Source of the DNA: Deltaproteobacteria bacterium
GTDB taxonomy: Bacteria; Myxococcota_A; Polyangia; Fen-1088
Length of the DNA: 64,000 bases
Direction: 5' to 3'
Assembly: GCA_033763315.1 (NCBI GenBank)
Contig: JANRKS010000032.1
Location: 192,001 to 256,000, forward strand
Notes under the pieces: generated by a model
The model's database searches: none
What the model was told of the DNA's origin: nothing
The model's input: the letters and a program-made list of their open reading frames with translations, nothing else
Made by a program: the position numbers and the translations under genes
In this document: positions 27,863 through 38,147 of the stretch, one piece after another
Layout of the letters: the number at the start of each line of letters is the position of its first letter
Numbering within the stretch: position 1 is the first letter of the stretch

Positions 27863-28516
27863 ATGAGAATGAGGCTTGTTCGCGGGCGTCGGAAGACGGA
27901 AGAGCTGGATCTGAGCCAGGAAATTGGCCGCTTAAAAGCGGAGAACGCGGCTTTGCACGAAGAGTTGGTGGAACTGCGCCAGCTGCGCGAGGCTGCCTAT
28001 CGCGACCCTGTGACCGGGCTCCGCAACCGTCGCTATTTCGAGGAACGTCTGCAGGAAGAGCTCGGCCGCCTGGCTCGCTATCCAGACAAAACGGGGTCTT
28101 TGCTTGTGGTCGACCTGGACGACTTTAAACAGATCAACGACACCCACGGGCATTTGATGGGCGATCAGATCCTGCGCGAGGTGGCTGAACTGATGAGCCA
28201 GACCTTGCGCCTCGAAGACGTGTGTTGCCGGTTTGGTGGCGACGAATTTGCCGTGATTCTGCCTGAAACCTCCGGGGACGCGGTGGAGCACGTCGTGTCG
28301 CGCATCATGCGAGCTTTGGACGAACGCAACCTGAACACGTCCTTGCCACTGTTTCTGTCGGTGGGAGCGGCGTCGTGGCCAGAGGCGGGGCGAGACGCTG
28401 GGTCGCTGATCGAAAAGGCCGACACCAGCATGTACAGCCGCAAACGTGAGGGCAAACGCGCCCGCACGCCCGTGCCCCCTCCCTTGGACGCGCCCCCTAG
28501 ACTTTCCTTGGTGTGA
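27863..28516 (+). CDS. Diguanylate cyclase (coiled coil plus GGDEF)
   Basis: DPVTGLRNRR, DLDDFKQINDTHGH, RLED I-site, GGDEF. Confidence 0.93.
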   Translation: MRMRLVRGRRKTEELDLSQEIGRLKAENAALHEELVELRQLREAAYRDPVTGLRNRRYFEERLQEELGRLARYPDKTGSLLVVDLDDFKQINDTHGHLMGDQILREVAELMSQTLRLEDVCCRFGGDEFAVILPETSGDAVEHVVSRIMRALDERNLNTSLPLFLSVGAASWPEAGRDAGSLIEKADTSMYSRKREGKRARTPVPPPLDAPPRLSLV

Positions 28517-28798
28517 AAGGCGGCAAAAGGTCCCCCAGCCGTTGCCGGCGTGTTTCGCGCATTTGCGCTTTCTGTGGCGCGTCGCGACATGGGCGTGGGA
28601 TCTCGTTAAGCGGTGCGGAATTTTTAGGGCCTAGCCCTTTCACCACGGGCGAACCGTCGACTACAATAACCGCCCTGCCGGCCCCCACCCGGGGCGCCAC
28701 CATCATGTCCCATACACACTCGCGTCCTCAGTCCTCTCGCTTGCCGTTGCTCGTCAGCGGTCACCGCACGTCCGCCGCCCAAGGCCAAGGGCTTCGCC

Positions 28799-31732
28799 AT
28801 GTCTGATGGCTTATCGCCTCACAACTGGGAAGTGTCACCGTCCAACCTAGATTGGGTGGAGTCACTTTACCTCGCCTTTCGCGACGATCCCGCCTCGGTC
28901 GAGCCGCAGTGGCGCGCGGCTTTCGAGCGCGTGGATCGCGGTGAGCCGTTGTGGCTTGAACCTGTCTATGTGCCTCCGCCCGCACCGGCCATCACAAACG
29001 GTCACAGCACCAATGGCGCCAGCATCGCCAATGGGTACACGAATGGCCACGAAGTGTTGGCGCCCGCCAAGCCTGCGGCCGTCATGTCGATTGATGACTT
29101 GGACGACGTGGGCGCGGTGGCGGCTCATCGTGCGCGCGGTGGCAAACGCATTCGGCGTTTGATCGAGGATTACCGCGAACTTGGCCACATGGCCGCGAAG
29201 TTAGATCCGTTGGATCTTATGGATCGCGGCGCCAACGAAGTGCGCTTGGCGGATTATGGTTTGGGGATTGATGACCTTGACACCGTGGTCAAGGTGGACG
29301 ACGACGGCGGCCTCGTTTCAGGCCCGCTCAAAGACGTTCTTGAGCACCTGCGCGAAACGTATTGCCGCCACATCGGCGTGGAGCTTGCGCACATTCACGA
29401 CAACGAGCTGCGCCGCTGGTTGCAGCACCGTGTGGAAGAAACGCGCAACCGCCTGACGTTGTCGCGGGCCGAACGGTTGCATCTGTTGGCGAAGGTCACA
29501 GAAGCTGAAGTGTTCGAGCTGTTCTTGCAAACGAAGTTCACAGGCGCCAAGCGGTTCTCGCTTGAAGGCGCCGAGAGCATGATCCCGATGATGGATCGAA
29601 TCATCGATCGCGCGGCCGCCCAAGGCGTCAAAGAGATCGTGATCGCCATGGCCCACCGTGGCCGCTTGAACATGTTGGCGAACACGTTGGGCAAACCACC
29701 CGCCGAGATCTTCGCCGAGTTCTTAGACAAGGCCAGCGCCATCCAGTGGGATCCAGGCGGAGACGTCAAATACCACTTGGGCTTCTCGGCCGATCGTGTG
29801 ACTTCGTCGGGCAACAAGGTTCACTTGTCGTTGGGTTTTAACCCCAGCCATTTGGAAGCGGTGAACACGGTTGTGCAGGGCCGTGTGCGCGCCAAGCAAG
29901 ATCGCATGGGCGATAAAGATCGTTCGCGCGGCTTGCCAATCTTGATCCACGGCGACGCGGCGTTTGCGGGCCAAGGCGTGATCTACGAGGCCTTCAATAT
30001 GTCGGGCTTGGACGCCTACGACGTGGGCGGCACGATCCACATCGTGGTGAACAACCAAATTGGTTTCACCGCACGGCCCGAGCAAACTTACAGCACAACG
30101 TACTCCACCGACGTGGGCCGCATGCTGCAGGTGCCCATCTTCCACGTGAACGCGGAGGATCCCGAAGCGCTGGCGCAGGTGGTGGACGTGGCGGTGGATT
30201 TCCGCCAACGCTTTCACCGCGACGTGATCATCGACATGTGGTGCTACCGCAAACTGGGGCACAACGAGAGCGATGAACCAAGCTACACGCAGCCGTTGAT
30301 GTACCGGCGCATCGCCAGCAAGAAGCCCGTGCGTGATGCGTTCGTTGATCACTTCAAAAGTTCGACGCCGGCGGGTGAGCAGCCCATCTCGCTTGAGGAC
30401 GCGGAGGCCGCGGCGGCGAAGAAGCGTCAAGAGCTTGAAGAAGCGCTCAAGACCGCTCAAACGCTGCAGCAGCCGCCCATCCCCAGCACGTTCGCGGGCA
30501 TTTGGTCGCGCGTGCGTGGTGGGAGGGAGCCGCTTGATAAACCGGTAGACACGCGCGTGTCGCGTGAAGCGTTGGAGACGGTGGGCGTTGCGTTGGCCAC
30601 GGTGCCGCCCAAGTTTACGCCGCACCCGAAGTTGAAGCGCCTGCTGCAAACGCGCCGTGAGATGGCCACGGGCGAGCGCCCCGCAGATTGGGGCATGGGT
30701 GAAGCGCTGGCGTTTGGCTCGCTTGTGGGCGAAGGCATCCGCGTGCGCATGTCGGGCCAAGACGTGCGGCGTGGCACGTTCTCTCATCGTCACGCCACAC
30801 TCATCGACTACGAGACGGGCGAAGAATACACCTCGCTTGAACATCTCTCGGCCGACCAAGGCAAGTTCCAGATCTACGACAGCTTGCTGTCGGAGTACGG
30901 CGTGCTTGGTTTCGAATATGGCTACAGCTTGGACACGCCCGATGGTTTGGTGGTCTGGGAAGCGCAGTTCGGCGATTTCGTGAACGGCGCGCAGGTCATC
31001 ATCGATCAGTTCTTGGTGTCGTCTGAATCGAAGTGGCGCCGTGTGAGCGGGCTTGTGCTTTCGTTGCCGCACGGCATGGAAGGGCAGGGGCCGGAACACT
31101 CAAGCGCACGGCTTGAGCGCTTCTTGAACATGTCGACAAACGACAACATTCAAGTGTGCAACTTCACCACGCCCGCGCAGTACTTCCATGCGTTGCGACG
31201 GCAAGTGCTGCGGCCTTACCGCAAGCCGTTGATCATCATGTCGCCTAAATCGTTGTTGCGACATCCACAGGCGGTTTCGCCTTTGGAAGATTTCTACAAC
31301 GGCCAGTTCCAAGCGGTGATTCCCGATACGGAAGCGGATCCGGCGAAGGTCACACGCATCCTGCTTTGCAGTGGCAAGATCTATTACGACCTGGCGGCCG
31401 CGCGCAAAGAGAACAACATCGAGAACGTGGCCATTTTGCGCATCGAGCAGTTGGCGCCGTTGCGTGTTGATGAGATCCTTGATGCGCTTTCGGATTACCA
31501 AGAAGGCGCGCAATGCATCTGGGTGCAAGAAGAGCACCGCAATATGGGCGCGTGGAACTACATGGAACGCCAGCTCCGCCCAATCGTGTTGTCGTTCTTC
31601 CGTTGGAGCGGCATCAGCCGGCCCGCCTCGGCGTCGCCCGCCACCGGCTCGAACACGCGCCACAAACTTGAACATGCCCACTTAGTCAGGCAAGCGTTGG
31701 GCATCTCAATCCCCAAGCCTGCCACCCCTTAA
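28799..31732 (+). CDS. sucA: 2-oxoglutarate dehydrogenase E1
   Basis: KRFSLEG, MAHRGRLN, HGDAAFAGQG, WEAQFGDF, GPEHSSAR. Confidence 0.97.
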   Translation: MSDGLSPHNWEVSPSNLDWVESLYLAFRDDPASVEPQWRAAFERVDRGEPLWLEPVYVPPPAPAITNGHSTNGASIANGYTNGHEVLAPAKPAAVMSIDDLDDVGAVAAHRARGGKRIRRLIEDYRELGHMAAKLDPLDLMDRGANEVRLADYGLGIDDLDTVVKVDDDGGLVSGPLKDVLEHLRETYCRHIGVELAHIHDNELRRWLQHRVEETRNRLTLSRAERLHLLAKVTEAEVFELFLQTKFTGAKRFSLEGAESMIPMMDRIIDRAAAQGVKEIVIAMAHRGRLNMLANTLGKPPAEIFAEFLDKASAIQWDPGGDVKYHLGFSADRVTSSGNKVHLSLGFNPSHLEAVNTVVQGRVRAKQDRMGDKDRSRGLPILIHGDAAFAGQGVIYEAFNMSGLDAYDVGGTIHIVVNNQIGFTARPEQTYSTTYSTDVGRMLQVPIFHVNAEDPEALAQVVDVAVDFRQRFHRDVIIDMWCYRKLGHNESDEPSYTQPLMYRRIASKKPVRDAFVDHFKSSTPAGEQPISLEDAEAAAAKKRQELEEALKTAQTLQQPPIPSTFAGIWSRVRGGREPLDKPVDTRVSREALETVGVALATVPPKFTPHPKLKRLLQTRREMATGERPADWGMGEALAFGSLVGEGIRVRMSGQDVRRGTFSHRHATLIDYETGEEYTSLEHLSADQGKFQIYDSLLSEYGVLGFEYGYSLDTPDGLVVWEAQFGDFVNGAQVIIDQFLVSSESKWRRVSGLVLSLPHGMEGQGPEHSSARLERFLNMSTNDNIQVCNFTTPAQYFHALRRQVLRPYRKPLIIMSPKSLLRHPQAVSPLEDFYNGQFQAVIPDTEADPAKVTRILLCSGKIYYDLAAARKENNIENVAILRIEQLAPLRVDEILDALSDYQEGAQCIWVQEEHRNMGAWNYMERQLRPIVLSFFRWSGISRPASASPATGSNTRHKLEHAHLVRQALGISIPKPATP

Positions 31733-31766
31733 CACTCCATAAACGAGACGACGAAGCGAACCCGAC

Positions 31767-33020
31767 ATGAGCACCCAAACGGTCAAGATCCCCCAAATCG
31801 GCGAGTCAGTTACCGAAGTTACAATCGGCGCCTGGAAGCTGACCGAGGGCCAATCGGTGAAGACGGATCAACCGTTGGTTGATGTGGAAAGCGACAAGGC
31901 TTCGGTTGAAGTGCCTTCGCCTGCGGGTGGGGTGCTGCGAAAGATCTTGGTGGCGGCCGGCGAAACCGCGCGCATCGGGCAAGTGATCGCAGAGATCGAA
32001 GTGGGTGCAACAGCTGACGCACCTGCCGCGGCTCCAGCTGCGGCGGCTGCTCCGGTGTCCGACGTGGCGCAGGCGTCACCCGTGGCTGCCGCGTCACCGC
32101 GCCCTGTGGTTCCCGTGAACAATGGCTCTGTCAAAGCCTCGCCTTCGGTTCGCAAGATGATGGCCGAGCACAACATCGCCGCTTCGGATGTTCATGCCAC
32201 CGGCCCTGCGGGCCGCATTGAACGCGAAGACGTGGCACGGGCCGCCTCGGCACCCACAGGTGATGTGGTGAGTGCGCCCGCGCGCCGCACAGGCTCAGGC
32301 GCGCCCCGCAGCGCGCGTGCCGATCTAGAACGTGTGGTGCCGATGACGCCCATGCGCAAGACGGTGGCGCGCCGCTTGTTGGAGGCGCAACAAAACGCCG
32401 CCATTTTGACCACGTTTAACGAGATCAACATGGAATCGGTGATGGGGTTGCGCAAGCGCTACCAAGATCCGTTCTTGGCTCGTCACGGGATCAAGTTGGG
32501 CTTCATGTCGTTTTACGTGAAAGCCGTTGTGGAAGCGCTCAAGGCTTACCCCATCGTGAACGCTGAAGTGCGCGGCACGGACATCGTTTACAAAGATTAC
32601 TTCGACATCGGTGTGGCCGTGGGTGGTGGGCGCGGTTTGGTTGTGCCCGTGGTGCGTGACGCGCATCGCTTGTCGTTGGCTGAAATCGAAAAGACGGTGG
32701 CAGAATTGGCCACGCGGGCGCGCGACAACAAGTTGTCGTTGGACGAGCTGCAAGGTGGCTCCTTCACGATCTCCAATGGCGGCATCTATGGATCGCTATT
32801 GTCCACGCCCATTTTGAACCCGCCTCAAAGTGGCATCTTGGGCTTGCACTCAATTCAAGATCGCCCCATCGCTTTGAATGGCCAGGTGGTTATCAAGCCG
32901 ATGATGTACGTGGCCTTGTCTTACGATCACCGAATCGTGGATGGCCGCGAAGCCGTGTCGTTCCTCAAGCGCATCAAGGAATGCATTGAGGATCCAGAGC
33001 GCCTGCTGATCGAGGTGTAA
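31767..33020 (+). CDS. sucB: Dihydrolipoamide succinyltransferase E2
   Basis: Lipoyl motif ESDKA, E3-binding ASPSVRK, catalytic YDHRIVDG. Confidence 0.97.
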   Translation: MSTQTVKIPQIGESVTEVTIGAWKLTEGQSVKTDQPLVDVESDKASVEVPSPAGGVLRKILVAAGETARIGQVIAEIEVGATADAPAAAPAAAAAPVSDVAQASPVAAASPRPVVPVNNGSVKASPSVRKMMAEHNIAASDVHATGPAGRIEREDVARAASAPTGDVVSAPARRTGSGAPRSARADLERVVPMTPMRKTVARRLLEAQQNAAILTTFNEINMESVMGLRKRYQDPFLARHGIKLGFMSFYVKAVVEALKAYPIVNAEVRGTDIVYKDYFDIGVAVGGGRGLVVPVVRDAHRLSLAEIEKTVAELATRARDNKLSLDELQGGSFTISNGGIYGSLLSTPILNPPQSGILGLHSIQDRPIALNGQVVIKPMMYVALSYDHRIVDGREAVSFLKRIKECIEDPERLLIEV

Positions 33021-33030
33021 GCGGCTCGTC

Positions 33031-33061
33031 GCGCGCGGCGCCTGTGGGTGCCGCCGCGCGC
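33031..33061. terminator. GC hairpin between convergent sucB and the VOC gene
   Basis: GCGCGCGGCG (33031-33040) pairs with CGCCGCGCGC (33052-33061); no U-tract. Confidence 0.45.
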
Positions 33062-33075
33062 TTGCGGAGCGGGCC

Positions 33076-33639
33076 TTACTTTGCTTTGGCCGCTTTGGTT
33101 TTGCTTGGCTTGCCCTTGGGTGGCGCGGCTTTGGCCGCGGGGGCGGGCGGGGCTTTGGTGGCTTTGCTTGCCTTGGCTGCTTTGGCAGGAGGTTTGGCGG
33201 CCGGTTTGGCGGCTTTGGTCGCCTTGGCCGCTGTTTTGGCTGCCGTCTTGGCCGCGGGCGGCTTCTTTGCGGGAGGCGTCGCCGGTTTGGCCGCTTCCCA
33301 AACGCCCAAGCTGGCGCCCGACGGATCCACGAACACGCCGATCGCGCCCATGTCACCGATGGGCATGTAATCAAGTGCGATCTGCGCCCCAGCCTTGGCA
33401 GCCTTCGCCAACGTGTCCTTCACGCTGTCGACGGTGACGTACGGCAACCATGCGCTTGGCATCTCGGGCGACTGTTTCGTTTGCATGCCGCCGCCGGTGC
33501 CGTCTTGCACGTCGATCATTGTGTAGGGCATGGGGCCGGGCATGTCGCTAAGTTTCCAGCCGAAGATCGCGCCGTAGAACTTTTTGGCCTTTTCGAGATC
33601 GTCAGTGTTGAGTTCGATGTGGGCAAACGCGTTGGGCAT
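33076..33639 (-). CDS. VOC/glyoxalase family protein with histone-H1-like AKP tail
   Basis: HIELNT..KFYGAIFGW, WLPYVTV, DPSGA; about 65-aa Ala/Lys/Pro tail; SD AGGAGG. Confidence 0.88.
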   Translation of the reverse strand: MPNAFAHIELNTDDLEKAKKFYGAIFGWKLSDMPGPMPYTMIDVQDGTGGGMQTKQSPEMPSAWLPYVTVDSVKDTLAKAAKAGAQIALDYMPIGDMGAIGVFVDPSGASLGVWEAAKPATPPAKKPPAAKTAAKTAAKATKAAKPAAKPPAKAAKASKATKAPPAPAAKAAPPKGKPSKTKAAKAK

Positions 33640-33696
33640 GTTTCCTCCTTAACCTGTGGGTGGGCGCGGCCACTTTAACCCAAGCGAAAGTTTTGC

Positions 33697-34518
33697 CTAG
33701 GGGGTCAACACCCGTTGCAAGATCTGTTGCTCAATGTCGCCGCGTTGCCGCGCGGGCACAGGCACCTGCAGCAGCAGGTTGATCTGATCGGCCGATGCCA
33801 TCTGAATGTAAACACGCGGTTGCGCAGACGTTGTGGCCAACCCATGGTGTGCCGCGGTGGCCTCAAGCGATCGACCTGCGTCCGCTGTGAACTCGCCGCA
33901 CACTTCGTTTGCCAAAGCCAACAAGCGCGTTTGCTGCTCGGCGATGTTGGCGGTGGCGGCCACGGGCACGGTGATGACGTGCAACACGTAGTTGTCCGTC
34001 AGCGTTTCGTTGAACACCTTAGCGCTCAAAAATAGGCTGTTCGGCAACACCACCGTGCGGCCTGTGGGCCGGTGGCCGGGGCCGATCTCAAGCACTGTGG
34101 TGGTGAGCAATTGGTGATCGATCACGTCGCCGCGCACGCCCTCCACTTCGATGCGGTCGCCAATCTCGAAGCTGCCGCCACTGGCGCGCACCAATGTGCC
34201 CGACATGCACATGATGAGCTCTTTGGTGGCCAGCACCAACGCCGCGGCGATGGCCACGAGTGACAAAGCGATCGTGTGCAGCTCGTCCGCCCAGATGACC
34301 ACCAAGCCCAACACCGTGAGCGCCAACGCCACCCAGCGCGTGCGCGCCCGCAGGCGCAGCGGATCGGGACGCGTGCGAAAACGGTTTAGCGATCTGATGG
34401 TCAGCGATCGAAGGCCCACGACCAGCACAAACAACAGCGCGGACAAAATCAGGTTGCGCGTGATGTCTCGGTCGGTCCAAAAGCCGTATAAAAATCGAGG
34501 AAGCGCCACTTTCATCAC
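33697..34518 (-). CDS. Small-conductance mechanosensitive channel (MscS family)
   Basis: Three TMs, FEIGDRIEV..GDVID, VVLPNS. Confidence 0.88.
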   Translation of the reverse strand: MMKVALPRFLYGFWTDRDITRNLILSALLFVLVVGLRSLTIRSLNRFRTRPDPLRLRARTRWVALALTVLGLVVIWADELHTIALSLVAIAAALVLATKELIMCMSGTLVRASGGSFEIGDRIEVEGVRGDVIDHQLLTTTVLEIGPGHRPTGRTVVLPNSLFLSAKVFNETLTDNYVLHVITVPVAATANIAEQQTRLLALANEVCGEFTADAGRSLEATAAHHGLATTSAQPRVYIQMASADQINLLLQVPVPARQRGDIEQQILQRVLTP

Positions 34519-34530
34519 CCTGGCCGGCTG

Positions 34531-35616
34531 TTAAGAAGCCGCCGCAGGTTTGCGTAGCACATCGTCTTTGGTGACGCCCGCTTTGACTTCCGTGCGCAGC
34601 CCATCCGAAAGCCCAAGCTCAACCGCGCGGTGCTCGATGGTGCCGTTCGGCTTCTGCACGTCAACGAATGGCTTGCCTTTCTCAAAGGTGACGTAGGCTT
34701 CATCAATCGAAAGCACCGCTTTACGCTGGTCCAAAACAATGTTCGCATTGGCGCTGTAACCCGCACGCACCACCACGCCTTCCGGTGGGGTGAAGGCGGC
34801 TTCGATCTCGAAAACAGTTGTGGCGTCTTTCACGATGCTTTTGGGTGCTACGAACTGCAAGACGCCGGGAAACTTTAGATCGTTCAACGCACCGATGACG
34901 ATCTCCACGGGCATGCCTGTGGCCAAACGGCCGACTTCGGATTCATCCACTGTGCCTTTGAAGATCATGTCGCTCATATCCGCGACGAAAGCCACCGTGG
35001 TGCCAGGGTTGAAGCTGTTGGCATTGATGACCGAGCTGCCTTCTTTGATCGGCAGCGACAGCACTGTGCCATCAACCGTGGATTCGATGCGGGTGGGCGC
35101 GCCTTGCGTTTGGCGGATCGATCCGGCGCGCAGCAACTGAACGCGGCTTTGCGAGGTTGCGACTTCTTCCACGGCTAAGTCGTGTTCGCTTTTCACCCGC
35201 TCGCCTTCGGCAATGGGCAACGTACCTTTCTTCACAAGCGCCGTGACGCGATCAAGCTCTTGTTTGGTGCGGGCCTCGCGCAACACAGCGGTTTTCATGC
35301 GCAGCTCACCTTCGTTGAGGCCCACGGGATCCACGATGATTTGCACCTCACCCACCATGTCGCCGCGCTTGACTTTGTCACCCGCCTTGACGAACAGCTT
35401 GCGCAAGATGCCGGCCACTTTGGGCTTAAGCTCCACTTCTTTGCGTGGTGACAGCGAGCCCGAAGCCACGCTCTTCTTAACAATGTCAGCCAGCGCCGGC
35501 TTCTGCGTTTGCATCACCGCGGGTTTGGGGCGAGATTTGCTGTAGAGAAACCACAACGTGCCCACCATCAACGCCACCATCAGAACGCCAAGAATATAGG
35601 GAAGTTGTTTTTTCAT
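34531..35616 (-). CDS. MacA-like periplasmic adaptor (membrane fusion protein)
   Basis: Start moved to MKKQLPY (35616); TM, KVAGILRKLFVKAGDKV, VDESEVG, VELGLSDG. Confidence 0.9.
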   Translation of the reverse strand: MKKQLPYILGVLMVALMVGTLWFLYSKSRPKPAVMQTQKPALADIVKKSVASGSLSPRKEVELKPKVAGILRKLFVKAGDKVKRGDMVGEVQIIVDPVGLNEGELRMKTAVLREARTKQELDRVTALVKKGTLPIAEGERVKSEHDLAVEEVATSQSRVQLLRAGSIRQTQGAPTRIESTVDGTVLSLPIKEGSSVINANSFNPGTTVAFVADMSDMIFKGTVDESEVGRLATGMPVEIVIGALNDLKFPGVLQFVAPKSIVKDATTVFEIEAAFTPPEGVVVRAGYSANANIVLDQRKAVLSIDEAYVTFEKGKPFVDVQKPNGTIEHRAVELGLSDGLRTEVKAGVTKDDVLRKPAAAS

Positions 35617-35633
35617 GGTTTGTTGATCAAGGG

Positions 35634-36899
35634 TTAATCGTGCGCCAAGGCTTGGGTGGGCCGAATGGCCACGGCAGAGCGGGCGGGGGCGAGACCAGCC
35701 AACGCGCCAGCGATTGTGAGGATGGCCACGGCCACAAGGGCCTTGCCCAGATCCAAATCGGGTGGCGCAAAGAATTGTGGGCCTGATGTTTTGGGCAGCA
35801 TCGCAAACACTTTCTGCGCTGCCGCCAAAACACCGACGCCCGCGCATAAGCCCATGCCTCCCGCCGCGCCCGTGAGCACCACCGCTTCTTCCACCACTTG
35901 CGTGATGATCGATGCCGGCGTGGCGCCGATGGCCTTGCGGATGCCGAATTCTTTCGTGCGTTCGGTGATCGAGATCATCAAAATGTTGCTGACGCCGATC
36001 GTGCCCGCCACAAGGGTCATCACGCCCACCACCCAAGACAAGGTAGAAATCCCTAAAAACAGGTTGGACAGGCGGCGAAAGTCTTTCTCGCTGTTATAGC
36101 TTTCGATGCCGCCTGGATCGTCGGGATGCACTTGGTGCTGCGCCCGCAACAGGGCCGCCGCTTCAGCTTCCACGTCCGACGACGATCGTTTGTCATCAAC
36201 GAGGACGGTGAAATAATCCACCTGGTTCAACTTGCCGTTCATGCGGTTAAATGTGGTGCGCGGTGTGAACACGCGGCCATTCATATAGTCGGCGCGCTCG
36301 CCGTTGGCTTCGGAGTGAAACACGCCGACCACGGTGAACGTGATGCCTCGGACCTTGATCTCTTGGCCAAGTGGATTGTCGCCTGCAGGGAACAACACAT
36401 CTTGCACGCGTTGGCCGATCACCGCCACCTTGCGGAACTCAAGCAGATCGTTGTCGTTCAAGAAACGACCCTGATCGATGTTCAGCGCTTCCACCTTCAG
36501 AAAATCAGGAATGTCGCCCGACACCGGGAACGATTCGGACTTTTGACCGCGGCTGACGCTGGTGGTGGAGCCCCACCCGTTGTTGCTGCGCGGGGCCACC
36601 ACCGTGATGCCTTTGACTTTGTTCTGCAGCACGGCGGTGTCCTCGTAGGACAGGTGAATCATGCGGTTGGGCGCGTGGCCTTTGTAGGGCTTCGTTGTGG
36701 TGCCGGTCCAAATGTAGATCGCGTTGCGTGCGAAGCGGCCCAAGCTGGACATCACGCCTGTCTCGAGGCCTTGGCCAAAGCCCAGCATCACGACCAACAT
36801 GAACACACCCCAAAAGACGCCACAAGCCGTAAGGAATGTTCGCAGCTTGTTGCGGCGCAACGTCTCGAAAACTTCTGACCAACGATCGGCGGCGCGCAT
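35634..36899 (-). CDS. MacB/FtsX-like ABC transporter permease
   Basis: RTFLTACGVFWG, GRFLN, ERTKEFGIRKAIGA, PAR. Confidence 0.92.
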   Translation of the reverse strand: MRAADRWSEVFETLRRNKLRTFLTACGVFWGVFMLVVMLGFGQGLETGVMSSLGRFARNAIYIWTGTTTKPYKGHAPNRMIHLSYEDTAVLQNKVKGITVVAPRSNNGWGSTTSVSRGQKSESFPVSGDIPDFLKVEALNIDQGRFLNDNDLLEFRKVAVIGQRVQDVLFPAGDNPLGQEIKVRGITFTVVGVFHSEANGERADYMNGRVFTPRTTFNRMNGKLNQVDYFTVLVDDKRSSSDVEAEAAALLRAQHQVHPDDPGGIESYNSEKDFRRLSNLFLGISTLSWVVGVMTLVAGTIGVSNILMISITERTKEFGIRKAIGATPASIITQVVEEAVVLTGAAGGMGLCAGVGVLAAAQKVFAMLPKTSGPQFFAPPDLDLGKALVAVAILTIAGALAGLAPARSAVAIRPTQALAHD

Positions 36900-36902
36900 A
36901 CG

Positions 36903-38147
36903 TTAAACCTCGGCTCGAAACGCCTCGACGGGCGCGATGCGGGCGGCACGGCGCGCCGGCCACAGGCCCGCCAACAAGCCCGCGGCCACCAAGATCACTG
37001 TGGCAGAGAGGCCCACGCCGATGTCGACGTCGGGGTTTTTGAAAAAGTCATTGTCGGGCAACAAGGTTTTGGCGAACTCGACCAAGGCCACCGCTGCCAC
37101 GAGCCCCAGATAGCCAGACGCCGTGGTGATGACCAAGGCCTCTTCCAACACCATGAGAACAATGGACCACGGCGTGGCACCCAAAGCTTTGCGAACGCCG
37201 AACTCTTTGGTGCGTTCCTTCACCGAGATCAACATGATGTTGCCCACGCCCACCACGCCAGCCAAGATCGTGCCAAGCCCGATCAACCACACGAAGCTGC
37301 GGATGGCCCACAGCACACCCTGCATCTTCTCGTGCATAAAATGGTTGTTGCGCACGCGGATGCCACCCGTGTCGGTGGGATCGAAGCCATGACGTTGCGC
37401 CAGGCGCCGTTTCAGATCCTTGACGATGGTCTCAGCCTGGGGCACAGGTGTGTTGCCGACGGTAAACATGAGCTGATCGATGGTGTGGTCGCTGGCAAAC
37501 ACAAGCTGTGCGGTGGATAGAGGAATGTAGATGTTTTCTTGCTCACCTTGATCGCCTTTGTCGTCAAAGATGCCCACGATGTGAAAGGTTGTGCGCCCGA
37601 CGCGGATGTCCGCGCCCATGGCCTGATCGTCTTGGCCATGCGGGAAAAGCACTTTCACAACCTTGCGACCCACGACGGCCACCTTACGGCGCTCGCGTAG
37701 ATCGGCGTCATTGATATAGCGGCCTTGCGAGATGGTTGTGCGCTCCAAGTATTGATGATCCGGATGCACGGCGCGCACGGGGAATGTGCCTTGGTTCGGG
37801 CCACGCGCTGTCATCAGGTTGCCGCGTGGCAAATAGCGGGCCGTCATGTGGTCGGCCACATCCACGGTGGCTTTGGCCAAATCGTAATCATCGTTTGTCA
37901 TGACGATGCGCCTGTTCTTGGTGCGCCCTTCGAACGGCTTGTTGGTGCGCGTGGGAAACAACCACACGCTGTTCGCTGCGTCGTCGCGGAACGCATTCTC
38001 GGCGCCATTGGCCAGGCCATTGCCGGCGGCCAGCAACACCACAAGCATAAAGATGCCCCACGCCACGGAAAGCGCCGTGAGCGCTGTGCGCAGGCGCCGC
38101 CGCGCCAACGACGCGAAGATCTCTCGCCATCGATCAAGGGCACGCAT
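36903..38147 (-). CDS. MacB/FtsX-like ABC transporter permease, second
   Basis: RTALTALSVAWG, ERTKEFGVRKALGA, PARRAA. Confidence 0.92.
   Translation of the reverse strand: MRALDRWREIFASLARRRLRTALTALSVAWGIFMLVVLLAAGNGLANGAENAFRDDAANSVWLFPTRTNKPFEGRTKNRRIVMTNDDYDLAKATVDVADHMTARYLPRGNLMTARGPNQGTFPVRAVHPDHQYLERTTISQGRYINDADLRERRKVAVVGRKVVKVLFPHGQDDQAMGADIRVGRTTFHIVGIFDDKGDQGEQENIYIPLSTAQLVFASDHTIDQLMFTVGNTPVPQAETIVKDLKRRLAQRHGFDPTDTGGIRVRNNHFMHEKMQGVLWAIRSFVWLIGLGTILAGVVGVGNIMLISVKERTKEFGVRKALGATPWSIVLMVLEEALVITTASGYLGLVAAVALVEFAKTLLPDNDFFKNPDVDIGVGLSATVILVAAGLLAGLWPARRAARIAPVEAFRAEV

Noticed and set aside
31767-33075. No lpd gene after sucAB
   Set aside because: E3 is often encoded elsewhere and shared, so this is not informative.
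35617-36036. 140-aa N-terminal extension of the adaptor ORF in the track
   Set aside because: It overlaps the permease gene in another frame; the family-like sequence begins at MKKQLPY (35616).
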